The position numbers and the translations under genes are program-made. From an uncultured virus (IMG/VR IMGVR_UViG_3300018048_001965) (lineage: Duplodnaviria; Heunggongvirae; Uroviricota; Caudoviricetes), in the IMG/VR virus record IMGVR_UViG_3300018048_001965: a stretch of 20,000 nt of DNA, one strand, 5' to 3'. Each line of letters starts with the position of its first letter. The first letter of the stretch is position 1. Shown in pieces: positions 1 through 8,990 of the stretch. The notes beneath the pieces are model-generated. The model was not told the DNA's origin. It saw only the letters and a program-made list of their open reading frames with translations, and did no database searches.

Positions 1-270
1 TCGATCCGGATCGAGATAATCTATATGTATCTTTGCATGTTTAACTGCTTTATCATTAGGATCTAATGTGTTTAGATGTTCTTGTATATTTAGATAATCT
101 TCCTTTGTATGTATGTAACTTATGTCTTGTATAAATTCACGTAGTATCGGATTAAATCTTGCTTCATTTCGCAAACTATGTTTTGGCATTTCAAACCCAG
201 GATTTGACAACACTTCTTTACACCAGGTATCCGGTATCCAATCTGCATAATTACCAATATATTGTATCAT
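1..270 (-). CDS. 5' part of a hypothetical protein running off the window, probably another Fe(II)/2OG oxygenase-like paralog
   Basis: Not in the ORF track. ATG at 270 is preceded by AGAGGA and the frame is open to base 1 (MIQYIGNYADWIPDTWCKEVLSNPGFEMPK...). The N-terminus YIGNYADWI resembles FIDNLADRI of the 8433-8990 oxygenase. Confidence 0.7.
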   Translation of the reverse strand, partial: MIQYIGNYADWIPDTWCKEVLSNPGFEMPKHSLRNEARFNPILREFIQDISYIHTKEDYLNIQEHLNTLDPNDKAVKHAKIHIDYLDPDR

Positions 271-299
271 TTAATTTCCTCTACGGAAATACTTATGTT

Positions 300-860
300 T
301 TATAAATTAGTTTCTATGTTAAATCGAACACTTAATAAGTATCTAGGGTGTTTTGAAAAATTTGTAACACTATGTGGTGTAGTTACTTTTACAACTTTTG
401 GTTTATCTATAGAACACTCGTCTATAACTTTAGGATTACCTATCCATATTGGTCTTAAATGTTGCGAATCATCTGCTGGTAAATTTGGTTTATTTGTAGG
501 AGTTGCGTATCCAATGTCATAATTACTATCATACCAATACATTGTTGTATCTTGGCAATTAAATATAGGAATATTTAATGCCCAATGTTGATCCGGTGTA
601 GGAGGATTATGTCCATCTATATGAACTCGTAAACTTTCATTTCCGCTTAACCCACCTAGCACACATATTTTAATTTTTGGATCTTCTGAGAATATATCGA
701 TGATATCATCTATAATTTTTTCTCGTAACCAGATGATATCATTGTCTGTTTTATCAAATACTGTTATTGATTGCCCGATTAGATCTTTATTAATATACTT
801 GCTAAAACGTTCCTGTATATCTATAAAATTTTTTAAATCTATATCATAGTGTAAGGGCAT
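300..860 (-). CDS. Fe(II)/2OG-dependent oxygenase-like (double-stranded beta-helix) protein
   Basis: HxD (VHIDG), WALNIPI strand, distal His (TPHSVTN), then RYLLSVRF. Start overlaps the upstream stop (TAATG). Confidence 0.7.
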   Translation of the reverse strand: MPLHYDIDLKNFIDIQERFSKYINKDLIGQSITVFDKTDNDIIWLREKIIDDIIDIFSEDPKIKICVLGGLSGNESLRVHIDGHNPPTPDQHWALNIPIFNCQDTTMYWYDSNYDIGYATPTNKPNLPADDSQHLRPIWIGNPKVIDECSIDKPKVVKVTTPHSVTNFSKHPRYLLSVRFNIETNL

Positions 861-1519
861 TAATATTCTACGACTGGAACTTCTTGTCTTTTATTTGTAG
901 GATATAAAATTTCATCGTCAACTTGATGTTTTCTGCGGCTTACACCTTCTTGTTTAAACCCTACACCCATTATCAATAAAGGATCATTCTCTAAATTTAG
1001 TGCTTCTTTAACTTTTACATGATCCATACTTAAACAACAACCAGTTGCATAACCTAACATCTGAGCAGTTAAATTTAAATAACCAGAAACTATACCTAAA
1101 GCTACATTTTTATCAAAATCTTTCGGTTCGTCAGCAATTCTTTTTTCTTTAAAGTGTGATTCTACTTTATAATAGTCTTCAAAAACTACAACAAGATTTG
1201 CTAATGTTTGACTTTGTGTAGCATCTCCCATTTCGTGATATTTGTCTTCGTCTCGTGGATGCGGATCAACTATTTTAGTACCATCTTCTGCAATAGCGTA
1301 CGGTGCACCGTGTGTTGCTGCGTGTACTTTTTCGATAGTCTCTCTATCTTGTATAAAGTGAACCTTATAGAATGCCACATTTTGTAAACTAGGAGCTTGT
1401 GTTAAGCTTGTTTTAAGTATGTCTAAATCTTCTTGAGGTATTACTTTATCTAAATCCCAATTACGCTGACAGTGTTGGCTGCGAATTATAGCTTTGCTTA
1501 AATTTTTTCTTATGTCCAT
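860..1519 (-). CDS. Nitroreductase-family flavoprotein
   Basis: RSQHCQRNWD...IPQEDL...QAPSLQN and ALGIVSGYLNLTAQMLGYATGCC...LIMGVG match the nitroreductase FMN-binding pattern. SD AGGAG at 1527-1531. Confidence 0.8.
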   Translation of the reverse strand: MDIRKNLSKAIIRSQHCQRNWDLDKVIPQEDLDILKTSLTQAPSLQNVAFYKVHFIQDRETIEKVHAATHGAPYAIAEDGTKIVDPHPRDEDKYHEMGDATQSQTLANLVVVFEDYYKVESHFKEKRIADEPKDFDKNVALGIVSGYLNLTAQMLGYATGCCLSMDHVKVKEALNLENDPLLIMGVGFKQEGVSRRKHQVDDEILYPTNKRQEVPVVEY

Positions 1520-1538
1520 CTTGGTTCTCCTATACAGT

Positions 1539-1554
1539 TATTTAGTCATAAATA
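1539..1554. promoter_or_regulatory. Back-to-back TAAATA boxes (putative divergent late-type promoters)
   Basis: TAAATA on - at 1539-1544 and on + at 1549-1554, within the 42-bp divergent gap. Resembles the T4 late promoter TATAAATA. Confidence 0.6.
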
Positions 1555-1561
1555 TTCTATA

Positions 1562-2644
1562 ATGTTCCATTTTAACGAGCTAACACAAATCCATCTTGAA
1601 ATTACAAATCGCTGTCAAGCAAGCTGTCCTATGTGTAATAGAAATATTAGAGGCGGTTTAGATAATCCTTTAATAAAGAATAATGATTGGACAGTATCTG
1701 ATTTTAAGAAAATTTTATCTCACAGTGTTTTAGATAAAATCACTGGTTTTTATTTCTGTGGAAATTTTGGCGATCCTATTATTAATAATGATTTAATAGA
1801 TATGTGCAAATATGCAGTAGAGTATAAACCTGAAATAAACATCGCTATACATACAAATGGTAGCGCACGTACTACACAGTGGTGGGAATTGTTAGCCCAA
1901 ACATTACCCAAAGATAGTAGAGTAGTTTTTGCACTGGATGGTTTAGCCGATACACATTCATTATATAGGATCGGTACTAGTTTTGAAAAAATTATTTCAA
2001 ATGCTCGGGCATTTATTAATGCAGGAGGAACTGCTGAATGGTGTTTTATTAAATTTAAACATAACGAGCACCAAGTAGGAGAAGCAGAAAAATTAGCAAA
2101 AGAAATGAAATTTAAACATTTTTCAGTAAAGAATAGTAGTCGATTTATCGGTGAACCAAAATATGCTGTTTTAGATTCAAATGCAACTACTACACATTAT
2201 ATAGAACCTCCTAGTGATAACAAGATGTCTTTTATAAGTAACGATGTTATTAAAAACTATAAAGAAATAGTTAATAATAGTGAGATAAATTGTTATGTTT
2301 TACACACGAAGGAAATATATATTGATGCTAATAGGATAGTATATCCTTGTTGTTATCTTGCAAGTGTGCCGTTTACAAATATACCAAAAGATGAGACAAC
2401 TCAGGCTCGAATAGATATAAGAACACAGCACGAAGAATATATTACAGATCTTGGCGGATATGATAATATTAATTCTTTACAAAAATCTATCGAAGATATT
2501 GTAAATGCAAAGTTATGGCATACAGTTTGGAACAAATACTGGTTTAAACAAAAAATGATTACCTGTGCAAGAAGTTGTGGCACAATTAAAGAAATATCAA
2601 AACCTTATGAGCAGATTGTTACTACGGAAACTATAAATGGATAA
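1562..2644 (+). CDS. Radical SAM protein with C-terminal SPASM/twitch-like Cys domain
   Basis: CQASCPMC (CxxxCxxC), GNFGDP, HTNGS, FALDG; C-terminal C...YPCCY...CARSC. Confidence 0.9.
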   Translation: MFHFNELTQIHLEITNRCQASCPMCNRNIRGGLDNPLIKNNDWTVSDFKKILSHSVLDKITGFYFCGNFGDPIINNDLIDMCKYAVEYKPEINIAIHTNGSARTTQWWELLAQTLPKDSRVVFALDGLADTHSLYRIGTSFEKIISNARAFINAGGTAEWCFIKFKHNEHQVGEAEKLAKEMKFKHFSVKNSSRFIGEPKYAVLDSNATTTHYIEPPSDNKMSFISNDVIKNYKEIVNNSEINCYVLHTKEIYIDANRIVYPCCYLASVPFTNIPKDETTQARIDIRTQHEEYITDLGGYDNINSLQKSIEDIVNAKLWHTVWNKYWFKQKMITCARSCGTIKEISKPYEQIVTTETING

Positions 2645-4019
2645 AATTAAATCTTACCAAACTGAAATTAAAAAAGTAAGTGGTAGTGATACGTTTTGTG
2701 TTCTTCCTTGGATACACTTAGCAACTCGACCAAATGGTGATATGCGATTATGTTGTACAGCAAATGCTAGTGGAGCAGGCGAAGACCATGAAGTTGGTTT
2801 AATAAAAGGAGACGACGGTCGTCCTGCAAACTTTGCTAAGACTACTCCTATGGAAGCGTGGAACAATCAATATATGCGTAATGTAAGATTAGATATGCTT
2901 AACGGAAATAAACCAGCAAGTTGTATGGGATGTTATAAAGAAGAAGAACAAGGAATTGTTAGTAAACGTATATGGGAAACTGGAACGTGGTATAAAGACG
3001 AAGGTATAGATATACCAGATCTTATTAAACAAACTGAAGAAGACGGCACTGTTCCTGAACAATTGCAATATTTAGATTTAAGGCTTGGTCATACTTGTAA
3101 CATTAAATGTGTAATGTGCAGTCCGCACGATAGTTCTAAATGGGTACAAGATTGGAAGCTGCTGTATCCCCAGTTAGAAAATCCTGAAGTAAAACAACAA
3201 ATGGGCTGGGAGAAAAAAGAATTTAATAATAAGTGGCATGAAAAGGACACATTTTGGGGAGAGTTATATAAACAAATTCCTAATTTAAAACAAGTATATT
3301 TTGCAGGCGGCGAGCCTTTAATGATAAAAGAACATAAAATGTTTATTAAAGAAATTATCCGCCAAGGCTATCAATCTAGTATATTGCTAAGATATAACTC
3401 TAATGGATTATTAGTAGATAATGAACTTATTGATCTGTGGAGTAAATTTAGAAAAGTAAAGTTTGCAGTAAGTGTTGATGCAATAGAACAGCGAGATGAT
3501 TATATAAGATATCCAACTAAATTTGACGAAGTAAGTCGTACACTACATTTATTAGATTCAACACCTGATAATATACATGTTAGTATGGCAACCGCAGTAC
3601 AAATTTTTAACATTAAACATCTACCAGATTTTATAAAATGGAAAGTTAATCAAAATTTTAAAAAAATGAATGTTGGTTTAGTTGGTGGAGTTCTTATGGG
3701 AGGCGGTTTAGTAAATATGCACTTGGTACATATACCTACATTTTTAAATATTACAATACTTCCAAAAGAAGATAAAGAAGATGTACACCGTAGATTTGCA
3801 GATTTTAAAGAGTGGCTTTGGAATAACTATACTCAAGATGACGATTATTGGAATGTTAATCCTTATGGTTGGAGACGCTGGGAAGCATTACTAGAACATA
3901 TGGATTCGGTTGATAATAGTTATAGGCTTAGCGGTTTTAAAGAATATGTAACTAAATTAGATAAAATAAGAAATCTAAACGCCGCTTCTGTATTTCCTGA
4001 ACTGGCACACTTGTTATGA
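2637..4019 (+). CDS. Radical SAM protein with N-terminal twitch/SPASM-like domain
   Basis: N-terminal FCVLPW...RLCC...CMGC; core CNIKCVMC, FAGGEP, YNSNG, VSVDA, YIRYP. Confidence 0.9.
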   Translation: MDKIKSYQTEIKKVSGSDTFCVLPWIHLATRPNGDMRLCCTANASGAGEDHEVGLIKGDDGRPANFAKTTPMEAWNNQYMRNVRLDMLNGNKPASCMGCYKEEEQGIVSKRIWETGTWYKDEGIDIPDLIKQTEEDGTVPEQLQYLDLRLGHTCNIKCVMCSPHDSSKWVQDWKLLYPQLENPEVKQQMGWEKKEFNNKWHEKDTFWGELYKQIPNLKQVYFAGGEPLMIKEHKMFIKEIIRQGYQSSILLRYNSNGLLVDNELIDLWSKFRKVKFAVSVDAIEQRDDYIRYPTKFDEVSRTLHLLDSTPDNIHVSMATAVQIFNIKHLPDFIKWKVNQNFKKMNVGLVGGVLMGGGLVNMHLVHIPTFLNITILPKEDKEDVHRRFADFKEWLWNNYTQDDDYWNVNPYGWRRWEALLEHMDSVDNSYRLSGFKEYVTKLDKIRNLNAASVFPELAHLL

Positions 4020-4930
4020 AGTTAACAAAAATTATAACAACACGACCTTACAACGAATTAGATATCACATTCTGGCCAACTGATATTTGTAACTTTAATT
4101 GTTCATATTGCTTTCCGGGTAGTAAGGATGGCATATATAGATTTGAAAAAAATTTAGATATTGTATTAAACAAATTTAAAAAGTTATTTGCAGATTATTC
4201 TTCGATAGGTAAAGATAAATTTAATATTACTATAGCAGGCGGAGGTGAACCTACACTTTGGCCTATACTTGATCAATTTTGTTCTCAAATTACATTATTA
4301 GAAAATGTAAAAATTCAACTAGTAACAAATGGTAGTAGAACTTTAAAGTGGTGGAGTAATAATGCAAAATATTTAGATAAGGTACATTTAAGTTGTCATT
4401 CTGAAGACGTTGATATAGATCATTTTATTAATGTTGCAGACGTACTTACACAAAAAGGCACTGAAGTTACGGCAATGATGCTTATGGATGCAAAACGTTG
4501 GGATCTCTGTGTTAGTTATATTGATAAGATGCAACATAGTAAAGAACAATGGAAAATTTTAGCCAAAGAAGTAGTTGCTGCGCCTGGACATGATATAGAT
4601 AGTTATACTAATGAACAACTAGAATACATAAAACGTTCTACTAAAAGATTTGTATTTTTTGAAAAGGATATAAGCGAATACAGGACAGTAGAAAGTTTAG
4701 GATTTTATGATGACAAATCTTTTCCTGCATATAATAATACCTATATAGCAAACAAACAAAATTATTTTAAAGGTTGGAACTGTAATATGCCTGTTGAACG
4801 GATAAGTGTCGACGCAGGACTTAATATAAAAGGAAGTTGTGGAGTAAACTTTGATAAACTAGACTCTATTATTTGCCCGCTAGACTGCTGTGATTGTCAA
4901 CCTGATACACATATTACTAAGTTTATTTAA
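4016..4930 (+). CDS. Radical SAM protein (short) with C-terminal Cys cluster
   Basis: CNFNCSYC, GGGEPT, TNGSR; C-terminal NYFKGWNC...GSC...CPLDCCDC. ATGA coupling to the upstream gene. Confidence 0.9.
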   Translation: MKLTKIITTRPYNELDITFWPTDICNFNCSYCFPGSKDGIYRFEKNLDIVLNKFKKLFADYSSIGKDKFNITIAGGGEPTLWPILDQFCSQITLLENVKIQLVTNGSRTLKWWSNNAKYLDKVHLSCHSEDVDIDHFINVADVLTQKGTEVTAMMLMDAKRWDLCVSYIDKMQHSKEQWKILAKEVVAAPGHDIDSYTNEQLEYIKRSTKRFVFFEKDISEYRTVESLGFYDDKSFPAYNNTYIANKQNYFKGWNCNMPVERISVDAGLNIKGSCGVNFDKLDSIICPLDCCDCQPDTHITKFI

Positions 4931-5810
4931 ATTTTGTTAAAGGAATATCAGCAGCACAAGTACAAAATTTACGTGTGCAGTCTATATACTCGGTAGGGCG
5001 TGTAAAACTACCGTTGTAAATGTTACCTAAACTACCTCCTACTCGACAAGTTGCTCTATGTACTTCACCGTCCCAATTTATCATTAAACTTTCAATGCCA
5101 GCAGCACACTTCCATCCCTCAAATTGATTACGTTTTGTTTTAATTATGTCATTAGCATGTGCTAGTTCTTCTTCGTCAACAACACAATTTGGTTTTGCAG
5201 TTGCATTTACACTTAACAGCCATTCTAAGTCCTGTGCATCATATCGCATATCGTCAAACCAGTCATGCTTCTCTGTCCATCTAATTCTACGTAATGCAAA
5301 CGGAATACCATACCCTACTAACCGTGCTGTTGCTTCTTTTACTCTTTTCATATGGTCATGATGAGCCATTACATTTACATGAAAGGGTATCTTCTGTGTA
5401 TTCTGCTGATTAAACCAAAGTATGTTGCCTAATGCTCTTGTCCAACTTTCGTTGTCAAAGTGTAAACTAAAAACATAATGATCAACTGGTGCTTCTGCAT
5501 ACCATACAGGTTTTCGTAATCCGTTAGTTGTTATATTGACCCAACTTAGTTTTGATTTTGTATGTTTAACTAATTCTTCGAAGTGAGGATGTACTGTTGG
5601 TTCTCCGCCTGTAAAACTAATTCTCACAGGTTTATCAAATTCTTCTAATATGTCAACTGTATTTTTTAATGTATCTATATTAGTGTGTGGAGATGTCATG
5701 TCGTGTATCTCAGGAGGACAATACGCACAGTCTAAATTACAACGCTTTCCGAGGTTCCATTCAATTTTAACAGAGTCTTGATGCGGCCACCTACTAGTTA
5801 CTTTATACAT
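4923..5810 (-). CDS. Radical SAM protein (short) with C-terminal Cys cluster; paralog of 4016-4930
   Basis: CNLDCAYC, FTGGEPT, TTNG; C-terminal NQFEGWKC...ATC...CTRKFCTC. Start placed at ATG 5810, which overlaps the upstream stop, rather than 5819. Confidence 0.9.
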   Translation of the reverse strand: MYKVTSRWPHQDSVKIEWNLGKRCNLDCAYCPPEIHDMTSPHTNIDTLKNTVDILEEFDKPVRISFTGGEPTVHPHFEELVKHTKSKLSWVNITTNGLRKPVWYAEAPVDHYVFSLHFDNESWTRALGNILWFNQQNTQKIPFHVNVMAHHDHMKRVKEATARLVGYGIPFALRRIRWTEKHDWFDDMRYDAQDLEWLLSVNATAKPNCVVDEEELAHANDIIKTKRNQFEGWKCAAGIESLMINWDGEVHRATCRVGGSLGNIYNGSFTRPTEYIDCTRKFCTCAADIPLTKFK

Positions 5811-7071
5811 AAGGAGCAAACTCAGGGTTAGAATCTAAAAAACTTTGATTGCGAGTCTTGTCTAAAGCACGATTAAAATTTATACAATCTTGCCAATACT
5901 CACTTAGATCTCTTGCTTTTAAAAAATTAATGTTGTCGGCCACTTGCCTCTCAGTAATAGGTATAAGCACAGGATGATCTCGTACAATCGGATAATCACG
6001 GAAGGTCTCTTGTATGGTTTGTAAGTTTTCAATTACTTTCTCCTTTAATGCATTAGGCAATGTTTGTGCGCTTAATGGGCGTGGATAGTTTACTCTATGC
6101 GAATAAAACACAATGCCCATTTCGTTTAAAAAGTAATCTATTACTTTGTCAATTTGCATAATATTATTTGCTTGTACAGTAAACGCACCTACTACTCTAT
6201 TTACATTAGGAAAGCTTTTAAACACTTTTACATTTTCTTCAACTTCTGTAAAATCACCATTACCTCTAATATATTCATATGTGTCGTGTATACCGTCTAT
6301 GCTTACATTTACAGCAATGCTACGAAACTTAGGCCAATAGTCGTGTATAGTACGTCCGCCTTTTATGCCTAGCGTAGTGCCGTTAGTAGCATATTTTAGT
6401 TCAATGTTGTCTCCATACTCTGCAAGTCTGTCTAGTATCTTATAGTGGTACGGATCCATTAACGGCTCACCACCTGCAAATTCTACACGTCTAAAGTGTG
6501 GTAGTAATTTCTCAAATGATGACCACCAGTTGTCTGAGTTATCAAACGGGCCAATATATTTGCCCGGAGTGTCAGTAAGTTTGTCGATAATTGGAATTAA
6601 GATATTGTTTTCTTTTTCGTAAAAAGGCTTTACTTCATTCCAGTCTTTCCAACTAGTTGAATCAAGTGGGTTACACATTCGACATTTTAAATTACATAGA
6701 TTGTTTAGTTTAATTTCCATAGTAGGAAGTTCAAACGGCATTGTAAAATCGTCTTGTAGTGCATCTAACGCATCTGGATATAAGTTTATACGTGCTTCGG
6801 GTATTACTCCTGCTATATGACGCTGTCGTAAGCTCTCTACACCCTGATCTTCTAAATCAAAACACGGCTTGCAAACATCAGGTCGTTCGTTGTTTAACAC
6901 TTGCTGGCGAACTTCTTGCATGGATTTATTATTCCATGCATCTTCTAAAGATTCGTTTTGGATATAACCGATCGGCTGGCTACGGCAGCACACTTTTATA
7001 GCACCGTCTTCTCGTGTTGCTAAACCTGTAAAAGGGTGCATACAAAATGTACAACTATTTGATTTGATCAA
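5803..7071 (-). CDS. Radical SAM protein with N-terminal twitch/SPASM-like domain; paralog of 2637-4019
   Basis: FCMHPF...KVCC...CKPC; core CNLKCRMC, FAGGEP, YATNG, VSIDG, YEYIRG. Start uncertain (TTG 7071 preferred; ORF track gives ATG 7107). Confidence 0.88.
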   Translation of the reverse strand: MIKSNSCTFCMHPFTGLATREDGAIKVCCRSQPIGYIQNESLEDAWNNKSMQEVRQQVLNNERPDVCKPCFDLEDQGVESLRQRHIAGVIPEARINLYPDALDALQDDFTMPFELPTMEIKLNNLCNLKCRMCNPLDSTSWKDWNEVKPFYEKENNILIPIIDKLTDTPGKYIGPFDNSDNWWSSFEKLLPHFRRVEFAGGEPLMDPYHYKILDRLAEYGDNIELKYATNGTTLGIKGGRTIHDYWPKFRSIAVNVSIDGIHDTYEYIRGNGDFTEVEENVKVFKSFPNVNRVVGAFTVQANNIMQIDKVIDYFLNEMGIVFYSHRVNYPRPLSAQTLPNALKEKVIENLQTIQETFRDYPIVRDHPVLIPITERQVADNINFLKARDLSEYWQDCINFNRALDKTRNQSFLDSNPEFAPYV

Positions 7072-7726
7072 TAGCCCATTCTCTCTCTTTACACCAAAAA
7101 CATTCATTACATATTGGAACAGACTGGCCTGGTGTATATGTTAAATAATCTATTTCGTCAAACTCACCTTCGCAACTTCTAGTTAAGTTTAGTAAGTCCT
7201 TAATATTATGTTCGTAGTATTGTTTTATAATCCAGTCTTTACTAGTATACACGAAAGGATGTAAAATGTCAACCCCCATATGCTTCATATGTAATGGTAA
7301 AACTCCTTCGTTACGTTCAGGAAGTGCGCCGGGTATATCTATATCTGGATTTTTGTTAACAGCAGCATACCATGCATCTAAATTATAAGTATGTGCCACC
7401 CATTCGTTATGAGCTCGTAATATTATTCTATTTCCAGGTTTAAGTGCTCCGTATTCGTCGGTAATAAATGTTGTATTAGGTTCTTCCATTTCTGGAGGAA
7501 TAAAATTTTCTATATGTTCTATAGGATTTTTAAACCTTTGTCGGAACCATTCCACAACTTCGATAGCAATATACCTTTGCCATGGTCGAGTTTTCCAACA
7601 ACGTATTTGTGTAGTAAAGTATATTTCTGCATTAGTTTGTGATAATATAAGATATGATAATAACGCACTATCGGCACCGCCACTTAAACTTATTCCTATA
7701 CGTTTCCAGTTTTTGCTAACATCCAT
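7055..7726 (-). CDS. QueC/ExsB-like PP-loop ATP pyrophosphatase (divergent 7-cyano-7-deazaguanine synthase-like)
   Basis: GISLSGGADSA PP-loop; HPF...KDWII; C-terminal TRSC...CNECFWCKER zinc-binding motif. Confidence 0.75.
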   Translation of the reverse strand: MDVSKNWKRIGISLSGGADSALLSYLILSQTNAEIYFTTQIRCWKTRPWQRYIAIEVVEWFRQRFKNPIEHIENFIPPEMEEPNTTFITDEYGALKPGNRIILRAHNEWVAHTYNLDAWYAAVNKNPDIDIPGALPERNEGVLPLHMKHMGVDILHPFVYTSKDWIIKQYYEHNIKDLLNLTRSCEGEFDEIDYLTYTPGQSVPICNECFWCKEREWAIDQIK

Positions 7727-7730
7727 ATTT

Positions 7731-7759
7731 TATTTACTTAAATTAGAGACATATAAATA
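7731..7759. promoter_or_regulatory. Divergent TAAATA / TATAAATA boxes (putative late-type promoters)
   Basis: TAAATA on - at 7731-7736, 4 nt before ATG 7726. Perfect TATAAATA on + at 7752-7759. Confidence 0.6.
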
Positions 7760-8436
7760 TGTTTATGATAAAAGATACACAATATAGTGTTGATACAAAA
7801 TTTATCGATCAAGCACTCGACACTACAGATTTTAATACAGGTAAACATACATTAAACAACCCTACTGGTGATTTTTTCTATGATCCTTGGGAAATATCTC
7901 CTAAGTACAAAGGAACAGTGTGGGATTGGATATTAAGTACGCTTAGAGAACCACACGGTGAAGCAAGAATTATTACAATGGAAAGTAAGAGTAACTATGT
8001 TGGTCATAGTGATATTGATGATAGATGGCATCTAAATCTTAGCGGAATAGATTGTTATTTAATTGACATTAGTAATGAAACTATGCATAAATGTGTAAAA
8101 GACGGCAAGTGGTATTTAATGGATACAGGTGTTATACACTCAGCAGCTAATTTTGGTAATAGATACAGGCACCAGTTAGTCGTAAGAAAATTATTAAATA
8201 AAGTTAATATAACTGAAACTAAAACAATAAGAATTGTTCCTTTAATAAAAGATTTAGACGAAGTTCGATACGAATTTGATAAAAATTTAAGTCCTGTTTT
8301 AAATAAAGCAAATAAACAATATCAAATAAGCGATTTTAGATTAGAGAATGGATTACCCGTATTCAAGTGCGGGCAACTACTTTCTACTATAATTAAAAAT
8401 AACTTAGGTACTTGTTTAGGAATGGAGACAGAATGA
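7759..8436 (+). CDS. Fe(II)/2OG oxygenase, Asp/Asn beta-hydroxylase-like, with C-terminal extension
   Basis: GEARII...HSDIDDRWHLNL...DGKWYLMD...HSAANFG...RHQLVVR. True start may be the second ATG at 7765. Confidence 0.75.
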   Translation: MFMIKDTQYSVDTKFIDQALDTTDFNTGKHTLNNPTGDFFYDPWEISPKYKGTVWDWILSTLREPHGEARIITMESKSNYVGHSDIDDRWHLNLSGIDCYLIDISNETMHKCVKDGKWYLMDTGVIHSAANFGNRYRHQLVVRKLLNKVNITETKTIRIVPLIKDLDEVRYEFDKNLSPVLNKANKQYQISDFRLENGLPVFKCGQLLSTIIKNNLGTCLGMETE

Positions 8437-8990
8437 AACTTTTTATCGATAACTTAGCAGATAGAATAGATCTAGATGCGCTTATAGACACTTGCGTTAA
8501 AGCCGGTGGACATGAGCAATACGGGCCAAAGCCCATCGAAGAAGGTAAACATTATCATGAGGAGTATATACATCAAGTAAATTTAATGGAAAAGGCAGGA
8601 TACTTAGGTAACGGACAATGTAGGTTTAAACATTATTATCCTGATCAACAGTTTCCTAAAAGCATTTCTTTACAAGTTGCAGAAGCAGCAGGTGTTGAAC
8701 ATTTAGGAAGTTTTATAAGTAGTGTTGATCCTGGATATTGTGCACCTTGGCACACAGATATCTTTAATAATTATTATAGAGAAATGGAAGACGAAGGTGT
8801 TGATATGCGTAGATTTGTAATGTTTATCTCAAAACCGCAACCTGCTGTAGGCTTTGTAATTGAAGATGAGTGCTTTTATATGGAAAAACAGGGTAATTTA
8901 TATGAATTTCCGCATATAAAAAATTGGCATGCTGGATTTAATGCAGGACTAGAAACAAAATTTATCTTCACGCTTACTGGTAGGAAGTGA
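8433..8990 (+). CDS. Fe(II)/2OG oxygenase-like protein
   Basis: PGYCAPWHTD...RFVMFI...WHAGFNAG..TKFIF. Start ATG 8433 (ATGA overlap, GGAG upstream) rather than 8412. Confidence 0.75.
   Translation: MKLFIDNLADRIDLDALIDTCVKAGGHEQYGPKPIEEGKHYHEEYIHQVNLMEKAGYLGNGQCRFKHYYPDQQFPKSISLQVAEAAGVEHLGSFISSVDPGYCAPWHTDIFNNYYREMEDEGVDMRRFVMFISKPQPAVGFVIEDECFYMEKQGNLYEFPHIKNWHAGFNAGLETKFIFTLTGRK

Noticed and set aside
4016..5810. Calling the short radical SAM proteins QueE or MoaA
   Set aside because: Only generic radical SAM motifs are shared. The extra C-terminal Cys clusters and the lack of pathway partners do not support a specific gene symbol.
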